A stretch of DNA of 64,000 bases from Gemmatimonadota bacterium (GTDB taxonomy: Bacteria; Gemmatimonadota; Gemmatimonadetes; Gemmatimonadales; Gemmatimonadaceae). The notes under the pieces are model-generated. The model did no database searches, was not told the origin of the DNA, and worked only from the letters and a program-made list of their open reading frames with translations. Within the stretch, counting starts at the first letter, position 1. Every line of letters starts with the position of its first letter. Below, piece after piece: positions 46,585 to 57,111 of the stretch. The stretch lies in the NCBI GenBank assembly GCA_040389905.1, contig JAZJZK010000034.1, forward strand, positions 21,527-85,526, written 5' to 3'. The position numbers and the translations under genes are program-made.

Positions 46585-47293
46585 CGACCTTGATCACTTC
46601 GCCCGTGATGAAGTCCTCCGACACGAGATACACGACGGCGCGCGCCACATCTTCGGGTGTCCCGATGCGACGGAGCGGGGTTGTGCGCCGAAGATGTTCT
46701 GTCTGCGCGGCGTCGAAACCCTCAGGCAGCATCACCACGCCCGGCGCAACTCCGTTCACGCGCACCTCAGGCGCGAGCGCGTGCGCGAGCGCGCGAGTCA
46801 TCTGGACGACGGCAGCCTTGGTCATCCCATGCGGCACGTAGCCCGTCCAGTTCTCGAACGCGGCGAGATCGGCGATGTTCACGATATTCCCGTTGGCCCT
46901 CCGCAAGGCGTCAGCCGCTCGCTGCGCGATGAAAAAGGGCGCGCGCACATTCAACGCAAACATCGCGTCCCAATCCGATTCGGTCACCAAGCCAACGGGT
47001 GTGCGCAACATCATCGCCGCCGAGTTGACGACGGTATGCAACTCACCGTGCTCGAGGACCACGGCATCGATGAGCTGCTCACACTGCGTGACGTCGCTGA
47101 GGTCTGCGCGGAGGAGCGCAGATACGCCGCCGGCGTCCTCGATCATCAGTGCGGTGTCTCGCGCCCCTTCCACTGATTCGTTGTAGTGGACGACGACCCG
47201 CATCCCGAGCCCGCCAAGGGCAACCGCAATCGCCCGCCCAACGCGACGACCGGCGCCGGTTACAAGGGCGACCCGATCCTTCAGCGTCGGCAT
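46559..47293 (-). CDS. SDR oxidoreductase, pteridine reductase/FolM-like
   Basis: TGAGRRVG, VVHYNES, LAPEVRVNGVAPG and ITGEVIKVDGG motifs. Confidence 0.85.
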   Translation of the reverse strand: MPTLKDRVALVTGAGRRVGRAIAVALGGLGMRVVVHYNESVEGARDTALMIEDAGGVSALLRADLSDVTQCEQLIDAVVLEHGELHTVVNSAAMMLRTPVGLVTESDWDAMFALNVRAPFFIAQRAADALRRANGNIVNIADLAAFENWTGYVPHGMTKAAVVQMTRALAHALAPEVRVNGVAPGVVMLPEGFDAAQTEHLRRTTPLRRIGTPEDVARAVVYLVSEDFITGEVIKVDGGRHVRT

Positions 47294-47296
47294 CCG

Positions 47297-48154
47297 TTAG
47301 ATCACCGGCACGGCGCGCCGAGCAGCGATCCACTCATCCTGGCGAGACAGCCACTCGTACGGTACCTGCATCATGCCGATCGTTCGCGGTCCATCCGCAG
47401 CACCGTGCCAGTCGGACCCGCCGCTCGCGACAAGTCCGAGTTGCTCGCACAGGGTACGGAGCCGAGTCGTGTCACCCGACGAGTGGCTCGGGTGCTTCAC
47501 CTCGACGCCGTCCATTCCGAGGGCGGCCAGTGCAGTCAGGCGCTCCCGTGTACCGCTGCCGGCAGGGTGTGCGAGCACCGCCATTCCGCCCGCCCCGTGA
47601 ATCATGGCGATCGCGTCGGCCATCCCGAGCTGTTCCTTGGCGACGTACGCCGGACGGCCCGCGCCGAGGTACCGATCGAACGCATCACGGACGTCGACGG
47701 CCCATCCGTCCCCGACGAGCGCGCGTGCCACATGCGGCCGGCCGACGGCGCCCCCTGCGGCATGATGCAGCACGTCGTCGAAAGTGATCTTCACGCCGAG
47801 CGCAACGAGTTTGTCCACGATCTCGCGACCGCGTCGCTGCCGCATCCCGCGCAGCGCCTCCAGACCGTGCTCGATCGTCAGCGTGTCCTGCAGATGCAGC
47901 CCGAGCAGATGCGTTTCGACGTCGCCATCGACGGCGCTCAACTCGACGCCGTTGACGATACGGATATCCAGCTGCGCCCCGGCGACGTGCGCCTCGGGAA
48001 GACCGGCAACAGAGTCGTGATCGGTGAGCGCGATCGCCGACAGTCCTGCTGCCTTGGCGGCGCGAACGACGTCAGTCGGTGAGCGTGAGCCGTCGGACGC
48101 CGTCGAGTGCATGTGCAGATCGACGTACGCCAATGGTCCTGCCGGATTGGTCAC
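47297..48154 (-). CDS. PHP-domain phosphoesterase (YciV/TrpH-like)
   Basis: DLHMHSTASDG, IALTDHD, GRPHVA, LAHP and GGSDWHG motifs. Confidence 0.9.
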   Translation of the reverse strand: MTNPAGPLAYVDLHMHSTASDGSRSPTDVVRAAKAAGLSAIALTDHDSVAGLPEAHVAGAQLDIRIVNGVELSAVDGDVETHLLGLHLQDTLTIEHGLEALRGMRQRRGREIVDKLVALGVKITFDDVLHHAAGGAVGRPHVARALVGDGWAVDVRDAFDRYLGAGRPAYVAKEQLGMADAIAMIHGAGGMAVLAHPAGSGTRERLTALAALGMDGVEVKHPSHSSGDTTRLRTLCEQLGLVASGGSDWHGAADGPRTIGMMQVPYEWLSRQDEWIAARRAVPVI

Positions 48155-48417
48155 CGGGCGTAGCCAGCCTCGGGCGACATCTCGCTCGGCTGCGATTGCG
48201 AGAAGAGCCGTGCGAGATCCGCATCGCTCATCTCCGCCAGGGCGCGCTCGCGTGACCGGTTCGCGTGCGGCGAGTAGCGGGTCACCCTGACCTCGCGGTC
48301 GTCTCCGGAACCGGCGACGAACAACAGGGCGAATTCGTCGCGGTCGTACTGCGTGACGCGACCCGATGGCATGACGCTCCAGGCGCGTCCGTCGAGCGAG
48401 ATGGTGCGAGTGGGCAT
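48151..48417 (-). CDS. Small hypothetical protein
   Basis: Start trimmed to MPTRTISLDG, 1 nt after the upstream stop; its stop overlaps the PHP gene start. Confidence 0.65.
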   Translation of the reverse strand: MPTRTISLDGRAWSVMPSGRVTQYDRDEFALLFVAGSGDDREVRVTRYSPHANRSRERALAEMSDADLARLFSQSQPSEMSPEAGYAR

Positions 48418-48418
48418 G

Positions 48419-48679
48419 TTATTCCAACTCCACTTCATGGTAAATGCGAGACGGATCGAGCACCCGCTCCGGCGCCGAGGCATGCGCGCGCGTGAGTGTG
48501 GCGGCGTCCGGGGCTTCACAGAATTCGAGGAATGCGCCGCGCAGGCCGGTCTCCTCGAAGACCCAGTACCGGCACCCGCACTGGGCATAGTATTCACGCT
48601 TCCGGACAAGACGCTCCGCGAACTTCACCCGGTCGGGTGGAGTCACGAGCGTGCGCTGGATCGTGAGACACCGGGGCAT
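48419..48679 (-). CDS. Small hypothetical protein (possible dimeric alpha-beta barrel)
   Basis: 86-aa ORF packed 2 nt after E2; YWVFEE...FLEFCE pattern. Confidence 0.65.
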   Translation of the reverse strand: MPRCLTIQRTLVTPPDRVKFAERLVRKREYYAQCGCRYWVFEETGLRGAFLEFCEAPDAATLTRAHASAPERVLDPSRIYHEVELE

Positions 48680-48681
48680 GG

Positions 48682-50019
48682 TCAGAGTGCCGCGTCGGGG
48701 AAGGTCTCGAGACCTTTCTTGAGCGCGGCCAGGAACTTGTCCGCGTCCGACCCATCGACGATGCGGTGATCGAATGACAGGGAGAAGTACGCACAGGTCC
48801 GAATGGCGATGGTATCCTCGCCATCGGCGCCGGTGATGACCCTCGGGCGCTTCTCGATCGCGCCAAGACAGAGGATGGCAGAGGTCCCGAGCGGAATGAT
48901 GGGCGTACCCATCAGCGACCCGAAGACACCAGGGTTCGTGATCGTGAATGTCGCGCCCTGCACTTCCTCCGGCTTGAGGCGCTTGGTCCGCGCGCGATCG
49001 GCCAGGTCGTTGAGCGTCTTCGTGAGCCCGGACATCGACAGATTGTCGGCACTCTTGATGACGGGAACGATCAGCCCCCAGTCGAGCGCGACAGCAATGC
49101 CGATGTTGTATTGCTTCCGATAGATGATGGAGCTGCCGCCAACGGCGGCATTGAGGACGGGAAACTGCTTGAGCGTATCGACGACGACCTTGATGATGAA
49201 CGGCAGGAAGGTGAGTTTCTGCCCGGTCTGTGCCTCGAACGCCGCGCGGTTCTTGTGCCGGATCCGTGCGACACGCGTGAGGTCGATCTCGAAGAACGAC
49301 GTGACGTGCGCGTTCGTGTGACGCGACGCCACCATATGGTCGCTCGTAAGCGACCGAATCTTCGACATGGCCTCGACTTTGTCACCCGGCCATGGCTCTG
49401 GCACGGGGCCGAATTGCACGGCGCCCGCCGGGGCGTGCATGGACGGCCGCTGCGCCGCAGCGGCCGCCGCGCCGGAGGCGATGTATTCCTGGATATCGCG
49501 ACGCGTCACGCGACCCTGAATGCCGGTACCCTGCATCGCGGCGAGTTCGATACCATGCTCGGCGGCAATCTTGCGGACGAGGGGCGACGACTTGGTGCGG
49601 AGGCGCTCCTCGAGTCCATTTGCAGCGACAGGCTGCGCGGAAGTGGTACGTGCCGCGGCCGATTGATGAGAGGAAATCGCCTCGGGCGCGTTAACTTTGC
49701 TCTCGGGGGGGGCCCCCACGCCACTCGACGCCGGCGCCACCGCGGCCGGTGCGGCCGGTGCAGCAATCGCCGCTCCCTTCTCGGTCTCGATCCGGGCCAC
49801 GATCGTCTGGACCGCGACCGTCTGGCCCTCGGTGACGATGATTTCCGCCAGCACACCGGCAGAGGGCGCCGGAATCTCCGCGTCCACCTTGTCGGTGCTG
49901 ATCTCGAAGATCGGCTCGTCCCGCTTCACCTCGTCGCCAACCTTCTTCAGCCACTTCGACAGCGTCCCCTCGGCGATGGATTCACCCATCTGGGGCATGA
50001 TGACGTCAACGCGAGCCAC
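48682..50019 (-). CDS. 2-oxoacid dehydrogenase E2 (dihydrolipoamide acyltransferase)
   Basis: Lipoyl domain (MPQMGESIAEG...STDKVDAE), E3-binding domain (SPLVRKIA) and catalytic DHRIVDG. Confidence 0.95.
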   Translation of the reverse strand: MARVDVIMPQMGESIAEGTLSKWLKKVGDEVKRDEPIFEISTDKVDAEIPAPSAGVLAEIIVTEGQTVAVQTIVARIETEKGAAIAAPAAPAAVAPASSGVGAPPESKVNAPEAISSHQSAAARTTSAQPVAANGLEERLRTKSSPLVRKIAAEHGIELAAMQGTGIQGRVTRRDIQEYIASGAAAAAAQRPSMHAPAGAVQFGPVPEPWPGDKVEAMSKIRSLTSDHMVASRHTNAHVTSFFEIDLTRVARIRHKNRAAFEAQTGQKLTFLPFIIKVVVDTLKQFPVLNAAVGGSSIIYRKQYNIGIAVALDWGLIVPVIKSADNLSMSGLTKTLNDLADRARTKRLKPEEVQGATFTITNPGVFGSLMGTPIIPLGTSAILCLGAIEKRPRVITGADGEDTIAIRTCAYFSLSFDHRIVDGSDADKFLAALKKGLETFPDAAL

Positions 50020-50031
50020 TGCGATGTCCTC

Positions 50032-50340
50032 TCACTCGGAGTTTCGAGACGCGCTGCGAACCTTCCGCATACGCCATATCACTATCGACGGCACCAGGAT
50101 TACGCCAATGATCGCGCCGCGAAGCCAGTAAGTCAGCCAGTTGCAAGGCGCCCCGGTTTCCGTGTCCGGCGCGCACTTGCTGGCGAAGCCAACAATCTTG
50201 GCGAGCAACACTGCGATCATGCCGAACGCCATCATTCCGCTGAATGCCGTCAGGCAACCGATACCAAGATAAGGCCAGACACCCTCGCTCGTCTGCCCCG
50301 AGGCTTCCGGGCCGAGATTATCAGTGTCGCGCATGGGCAT
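50032..50340 (-). CDS. Small two-TM hypothetical membrane protein
   Basis: Start trimmed to the ATG overlapping the E1-beta stop; two hydrophobic helices with a C-x9-C loop. Confidence 0.65.
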   Translation of the reverse strand: MPMRDTDNLGPEASGQTSEGVWPYLGIGCLTAFSGMMAFGMIAVLLAKIVGFASKCAPDTETGAPCNWLTYWLRGAIIGVILVPSIVIWRMRKVRSASRNSE

Positions 50341-51317
50341 CAGTAGGCCGCCAGCCGGCGCAATGCGCGCACGACATCCGGGGTTTGCGGAAGCACAAAA
50401 TCCTCGAGCGATGGCGCATACGGCAGCGGAACGTCGTGCGCCGTGACGCGGAGCACGGGCGCGTCGAGCCACTCGAAACAGGTTTCGTTGATGCGCGCCG
50501 TAATCTCGCCCGCAATACCGCCCGTTCTGGTGTCCTCGTGGAGTACGAGGACGCGATTCGTCTTCTTCACCGTGGCAACAATCGCCTCGTCGTCCAAAGG
50601 TGCGAGTGAGCGGAGATCGATCACCTCGACGCTGAGTCCGTCCTCACGTTCGAGTTGCTCCGCAGCTTCGAGCGCTTTGTAGACCGTCGCGGCATACGTG
50701 ATCACGGAAAGGTCGCTCCCCTCGCGAGACGTCCGCGCCTTCCCGATCGGTACGATGTGATCTCCCGCCGGCATCTCGCCCTTGATGCGACGATACAGGT
50801 ATTTGTGCTCGAAGAACAGTACACAGTCGTCATCCCGAATGGCCGCCTTCATCAACCCCTTTGCATCGGCCGCCGTGCTCGGATACACCACCTTGAGGCC
50901 AGGCGTATGAATGAAGCCCGCCTCGGGATTCTGCGAATGGAATGGACCGCCACGTACGTAGCCCCCACTCGGACCGCGAACCACCATCGGACAGGGGAGA
51001 AAGGCCCGGTAGCGCGCCGTTGCCACGTAGTTGGTCAGGATATCGTAGGCGTTGGCGATGAAGTCGATGAACTGCATCTCCACGACGGGGCGCATACCCA
51101 TATGGGCGGCTCCCGCCGCCGCGCCGACGATGCCGATCTCGGAGATGGGGCTGTCGATGACACGAGACTCGCCGTATTTCGCGAGCAGACCCTCGGTGAC
51201 CTTGAACGCACCGCCGTACGCGCCGATATCCTCCCCGATCATGAAGACGTTTGGATCGCGCTCCATCTCCTCGAACAGCGCCTCGCGGATCGCCTCGAGA
51301 TACGTGATCTCAGCCAT
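50340..51317 (-). CDS. 2-oxoacid dehydrogenase E1 beta subunit
   Basis: GEDIGAYGGAFKVT, DSPISE, EMQFIDF and GGPFHSQ motifs. Confidence 0.95.
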   Translation of the reverse strand: MAEITYLEAIREALFEEMERDPNVFMIGEDIGAYGGAFKVTEGLLAKYGESRVIDSPISEIGIVGAAAGAAHMGMRPVVEMQFIDFIANAYDILTNYVATARYRAFLPCPMVVRGPSGGYVRGGPFHSQNPEAGFIHTPGLKVVYPSTAADAKGLMKAAIRDDDCVLFFEHKYLYRRIKGEMPAGDHIVPIGKARTSREGSDLSVITYAATVYKALEAAEQLEREDGLSVEVIDLRSLAPLDDEAIVATVKKTNRVLVLHEDTRTGGIAGEITARINETCFEWLDAPVLRVTAHDVPLPYAPSLEDFVLPQTPDVVRALRRLAAY

Positions 51318-52414
51318 CAGACGTCACCGCTGATGTCGTACGACCCCCACCCTTCGGGCCGCTCATTCTCTTCGACCGCGGCGCGTCCCCCTTCCCGAAA
51401 CCACAACGGCTGTTCTGCCGGAGGCTCGGCGTAAATTCCCACAAGTGCGTCGAGCGGCTCAGGTACGCCCGACAGCTCGGCGAGGTCGGTGGCATGGTCG
51501 ATCTCCGTCACAACCCGTGCATCGACTGCCGCGAGTTCCCTCAGGGTCGCGTTCCCTTCGTTCGTCAGCCGCAAGATGAACCGATTGATCGGATCATTCT
51601 CGCGCGCCCAGCGGTCGCCTTCACCCTCAGGAACGTAGGACTGGTTGTCGTGCTCCGCGTGTCCCTTTCGCCGGTATGTCATCAACTCGACGATCGACGT
51701 TCCCTCGCCGCGGCGAGCGCGATCCACCGCGCGCTTCGTGGCGTCGTACGTCGCGATGACGTCATTCCCGTCGGCCGTCTCAGCGGGGATACCGTAACCG
51801 ATGCCCTTGTCGGCCAGTTGCTTCGCGAGCGTCTGCTTACTCGTCGGCGTGGAGTAGGCATACCCGTTGTTCTCGATGACGACGACCAACGGACACTTCT
51901 GCACGGCCGCGAAATTGATTCCCTCGTGGAACGCGCCCGTCGACGTTGCGCCATCGCCGACGTACACCAATCCGACGCGTGCTTCCTTGCGCATCTTGAA
52001 CGACAGGGTGACCCCGGCCATGACCGGTACCATGTCGCCGAGTGGCGAGATCTGCCCGATGAAGCCCCGCTCCGTGTCGCCGAAGTGGATGTTCAACTCG
52101 CGCCCACGGGTGGGCGAGTCTCCCTTCGCCATGTATTGCTTGAGGATCTCGACGGGGGTCGCACCCTTCACGAGCATCGACCCGAGGTTGCGGATCAGCG
52201 GAGAGAGAATGTCACCTTGCTGGAGCGCGTACGCGCTGCCAACGGCGTCAGCCTCTTGACCGAGCGAGCGAAAGAGGCCGCCGACGACTTTGGTTTGACG
52301 ATAGAGATTGACCAGCCGCTCCTCGAGAGACCGAGTGAGCCGCATCCAGTAGTAGAGCTCGAGCCGCTGTTCCCTCGTGAGCGGCGCCACGCTCCCCGTC
52401 CGGGGACGCGCCAT
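51317..52414 (-). CDS. 2-oxoacid dehydrogenase E1 alpha subunit (ThDP-dependent)
   Basis: GDGATSTGAFHEGINFA...ENNGYAYST ThDP motif; YRRKGHAEHD. Confidence 0.93.
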   Translation of the reverse strand: MARPRTGSVAPLTREQRLELYYWMRLTRSLEERLVNLYRQTKVVGGLFRSLGQEADAVGSAYALQQGDILSPLIRNLGSMLVKGATPVEILKQYMAKGDSPTRGRELNIHFGDTERGFIGQISPLGDMVPVMAGVTLSFKMRKEARVGLVYVGDGATSTGAFHEGINFAAVQKCPLVVVIENNGYAYSTPTSKQTLAKQLADKGIGYGIPAETADGNDVIATYDATKRAVDRARRGEGTSIVELMTYRRKGHAEHDNQSYVPEGEGDRWARENDPINRFILRLTNEGNATLRELAAVDARVVTEIDHATDLAELSGVPEPLDALVGIYAEPPAEQPLWFREGGRAAVEENERPEGWGSYDISGDV

Positions 52415-52707
52415 CAGTATGCGGCTTGCAGCGCGTGCGACGGGTCTTCCGCGCGGTGCAATGTGACGAAGAACTTCTTCACATTGCGATCCATTCGGCT
52501 CTCGCCCATCTGGTCGGTCACGACCTCGACGAAGGTATAGTGGCCACCTTCGGAGCGAACACTCAGCTTCATGCTGCCGAGTGCGCCGGACAGCTGGCGC
52601 GTGCGAGCGGATGTCGACACGAGCGACAACCCAAGCTCGGTGAAGAACTGGTCCGCGGCGACGAGGACGTCGGCCGGCGGCGTGTGGCTGCGGTAGAAAT
52701 GACGCAT
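52414..52707 (-). CDS. Small hypothetical protein
   Basis: Start trimmed to MRHFYRS; single-base overlaps with both neighbours. Confidence 0.68.
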   Translation of the reverse strand: MRHFYRSHTPPADVLVAADQFFTELGLSLVSTSARTRQLSGALGSMKLSVRSEGGHYTFVEVVTDQMGESRMDRNVKKFFVTLHRAEDPSHALQAAY

Positions 52708-53137
52708 TAGGGTGTGGGGCGTTCTGCGAGGACGTCCTGCATCCACTCGGTCTTCTCGAGTGGCTTGGTGGAGTCGCTGTGAAACTGGATGCCGATGGCC
52801 CATTGCCCGGCCGTCACGAAACTGAGTTTCGCCGAGTAGACACCGACCTGCGGGGCCTTGGAAAACCCGTCGTAGGTGCGCGCACCGTCCACCGTGTTGG
52901 CGAAGATGCGCCCTTCCCCAGTCTCGACCGGCTGGCCGGTCTCCCGGTCCTTCACGGTGATGGTATAGATGACGGGATCCCGGGCAGTCGGCGGCACGGG
53001 ATCCGAGCTGATCACGAAGGAATAGCTCTTTGTGCTCTGACGGAGGACGAGCTTCTTCGGAGAACCGCACGACGCCCCGGCCGCGAGTGCGAGCGCCAAA
53101 ACCGCGACGGCGCGACGTCGTGCGATGCTCCCGTTTG

Positions 53138-53141
<4 letters not shown>
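52707..53141 (-). CDS. Hypothetical lipoprotein (YtkA/FixH-like Ig fold)
   Basis: Signal peptide ending in AGASC; beta-rich, with GVYSAKLSFVTAGQWAI. Confidence 0.65.
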
Positions 53142-54469
<1,328 letters not shown>

Positions 54470-54483
54470 GAACTGTGTCTCCT

Positions 54484-55182
54484 TTAGGCGGATGGCGCGG
54501 CGGACGTTGGCGAGCGAAGTACCGACGATCGAGAAGCCTCGGTCTCGGTCAACGCTTCCGCCTGGTCCGCTCGTGTAGTCGCATGATACACGTACGACAC
54601 ACGCTGGATCACGGTGATCCAGGCCGTAATGGTCAAGATGCTGATAATGATGGCGAGCGGCCATCCGTTGAAAAACAGACCAAACAAAGCTTGCGGTGCA
54701 GCCATGAGCACCACGCGCTCGGGACGCTGTAACATACCCACTTTCGCGTCGAGTCCGAGCGATTCGGCGCGGGCGCGCGTGTACGACGTGAGAAACGCGC
54801 CGATAAGCCCGAGTAACGCGGTGATCATCAGCGGAATGCTCTTGTGCGGCGTGCTCGTCGCATAGAACACGGCCAGGCCACCAAGCACCACGCCGTCGGC
54901 GAGCCGGTCCAGCGTGGAATCGAGGAATGCGCCGAAGGTGGAGCTCCGGTTGGAGCGGCGCGCGACGGTGCCGTCGAGGACGTCGAACAGCGCCGTGATC
55001 GACAGGAACCACCCGCCCGTCTTGATGTGTCCGGTGGCGTAGATGATGCCGCCGACCACCGTACAGAGCGTCCCGAACACGGTGATCGTGTTGGGGTGCA
55101 CCCGACGCCTCACCAGCCAGTCCGCGACGGGATCGATGAGCCGGAGATAGCCGTTTTTTACCCAGTCCGGCAGAAGCGTCAT
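54484..55182 (-). CDS. CDP-alcohol phosphatidyltransferase (phosphatidylinositol-phosphate synthase-like)
   Basis: HPNTIT, DVLDGTVAR...GAFLDSTLDRLAD, SYTRARAESLG, RPER and TVIQR motifs; adjacent to ino1. Confidence 0.88.
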   Translation of the reverse strand: MTLLPDWVKNGYLRLIDPVADWLVRRRVHPNTITVFGTLCTVVGGIIYATGHIKTGGWFLSITALFDVLDGTVARRSNRSSTFGAFLDSTLDRLADGVVLGGLAVFYATSTPHKSIPLMITALLGLIGAFLTSYTRARAESLGLDAKVGMLQRPERVVLMAAPQALFGLFFNGWPLAIIISILTITAWITVIQRVSYVYHATTRADQAEALTETEASRSSVLRSPTSAAPSA

Positions 55183-55242
55183 GCGGCTCCGAGGCGCACG
55201 GAGGTCCCGCAGCCGAGCAATGCGCAGCGGAAACGTTTGACG

Positions 55243-55280
55243 AAAATGAAATCGGGCCGGAGCGCTGGCTCCGACCCGAA
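55243..55280 (-). terminator. Probable intrinsic terminator
   Basis: TCGGG-C-CGGAGC / GCTCCG-A-CCCGA stem followed on the minus strand by TTTCATTTT. Confidence 0.6.
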
Positions 55281-55339
55281 AGCTATTCGGCAACCACTTG
55301 TCCAGCAACCAGCCTTAGCTGGCGTGGGACTCCTGCCGA

Positions 55340-55681
55340 TCAGGGAACACTCCAGACGTACATCCCCGTCAGTGCGACGCTGCGGCTCTGATAGGTCCTC
55401 GATCCATCAGCTGTCACCGCCTTGAAGACGACATTGCTGCCCGTCGCCAGTCCCGAGACTGGCACCTTTTCGACGGTGTTCGCCGGCACTTGCCGCAAGA
55501 ACAGCTCTGTGCCGCCCGAGGGCGTGGCATAGACGTTGATCGCCTGGCTCAGGTTGTTCGTGACCTGCACGGATTGTTCAGACGACGGCGGCGGGGCGGT
55601 TCGTACCTCGACCTGCCGTCCGCCACAGGCGGCGCCGGCCAGCGTCAGGGCAAACACGACGGTTCTCGTCAAAGCTTTCAT
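55340..55681 (-). CDS. Small hypothetical lipoprotein
   Basis: Start trimmed to MKALTRTVV; lipobox GAAC and a beta-rich mature part. Confidence 0.7.
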   Translation of the reverse strand: MKALTRTVVFALTLAGAACGGRQVEVRTAPPPSSEQSVQVTNNLSQAINVYATPSGGTELFLRQVPANTVEKVPVSGLATGSNVVFKAVTADGSRTYQSRSVALTGMYVWSVP

Positions 55682-55890
55682 GGACCTGCTCCTTATGGTA
55701 GTCATCGATCCTTTTGTGGTAGAGTGCGCCACTTGCAAGACACATGCGCGGGTCGGCACCCTGACGGACTTTACCGACCAATCCGCTGTGCCGCCACCGT
55801 TCGGACCCATTCATCGTGCGGATCGTCAATGACTCGCTCTACCGCGCATGAGAGGGCGGCGGTACACTACCGACCCTATCTCACCCGTAC

Positions 55891-57111
55891 ATGCATCGAT
55901 ACTCTCCTCGCCTGACCATCATCGCGCTCGCGCTCCTGTGTGCTCCATCGCCGAGTGCGGCGCAGCACAAAAACGCGACAGCAGCTGCACCAAGTGCGCG
56001 CGCCACCCGAGCGCTGCGTGATACGCTTCGGGCCATCCTCGACGCCGCCGTCAAGGACAGTGCCTTCCCCGGCGGCATCGCGGTGGTTGGCAACCACGCT
56101 GGGGCACTCGTGACCGTGGCCGCCGGCCACCTCGATTGGAAGAAGTCGCCGAAACCCACCGTGAACACGTTGTGGGACCTGGCGTCGCTCACCAAGGTCA
56201 TCGGCATGACCTCGGCCGTCATGCAACTCGTCGAACAGCACAAGATCGACCTCGACGCGCCAGTGCAGAAATACCTGACCGAATGGACCGGTCCGAACAA
56301 GGAGAAGGTCACGGTTCGGCATCTGATTACCCACCAGAGTGGGTTACCGGCGTTCAAGACGTACTACAAGCAGAATGCGTCGCCCGACTCGACGCTCAAA
56401 CTGATGATCTCGACGCCGCTCGACACCCTCCCCGGCGTGAAGATGGTCTACAGCGATATCGGCGCAATCCTCCTCGGCAAGATCGTCGAGCGGGTGAGTG
56501 GGGAGACGCTCGACGGCTACCTGTCGAAGCACGTCTTCAAGCCGCTGGGGATGACCGATACGCGCTACAAGCCGCCGAAGTCACTCCTGCCGCGCATCGC
56601 GCCGACGGAAGTCGATCCATGGCGCGGTCGTCACCTCGTGGGAGAAGTCCACGACGAGAATGCGTTCGCGCTCGGCCAGGTCTCCGGGCACGCGGGGCTG
56701 TTCAGCACGGCGCATGATCTCGACCGCCTGGCGCGCGCCTACCTCAATGGAGGGGCGATCGGCGGAGGCCGCCTCGCGAAGGCCGAGACGATCAAGCAAT
56801 TCACGACAGTGTGGGACTCGACCTTCTCGAGCCGCGCACTTGGATGGGATACGCCGAGTGCCAACAGCTCGGCTGGGCACTTCATCATGCGGCCTGGCTT
56901 CGGCCACACCGGCTTCACGGGGACCTCCTTCTGGGTCGCTCCGCAGCACGATCTCTACATCATTCTCCTCACGAATCGCGTGAACCCCACACGCGAGCAC
57001 AGCAAGATTGGCCCAGCGCGGGTCGCCGTCGCTGATGCGGCCATGCGCATCCTCAAGCCCGCGGTGGTCGCGGACATCGAGTCGCACGCTCCTTCAACTG
57101 GACGTCCATGA
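55891..57111 (+). CDS. Exported serine hydrolase, beta-lactamase class C/AmiE-like
   Basis: Signal peptide; ASLTK (SxxK), YSD, GEVHDENA, GHAGLFST and GHTGFTGTS motifs. Confidence 0.9.
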   Translation: MHRYSPRLTIIALALLCAPSPSAAQHKNATAAAPSARATRALRDTLRAILDAAVKDSAFPGGIAVVGNHAGALVTVAAGHLDWKKSPKPTVNTLWDLASLTKVIGMTSAVMQLVEQHKIDLDAPVQKYLTEWTGPNKEKVTVRHLITHQSGLPAFKTYYKQNASPDSTLKLMISTPLDTLPGVKMVYSDIGAILLGKIVERVSGETLDGYLSKHVFKPLGMTDTRYKPPKSLLPRIAPTEVDPWRGRHLVGEVHDENAFALGQVSGHAGLFSTAHDLDRLARAYLNGGAIGGGRLAKAETIKQFTTVWDSTFSSRALGWDTPSANSSAGHFIMRPGFGHTGFTGTSFWVAPQHDLYIILLTNRVNPTREHSKIGPARVAVADAAMRILKPAVVADIESHAPSTGRP

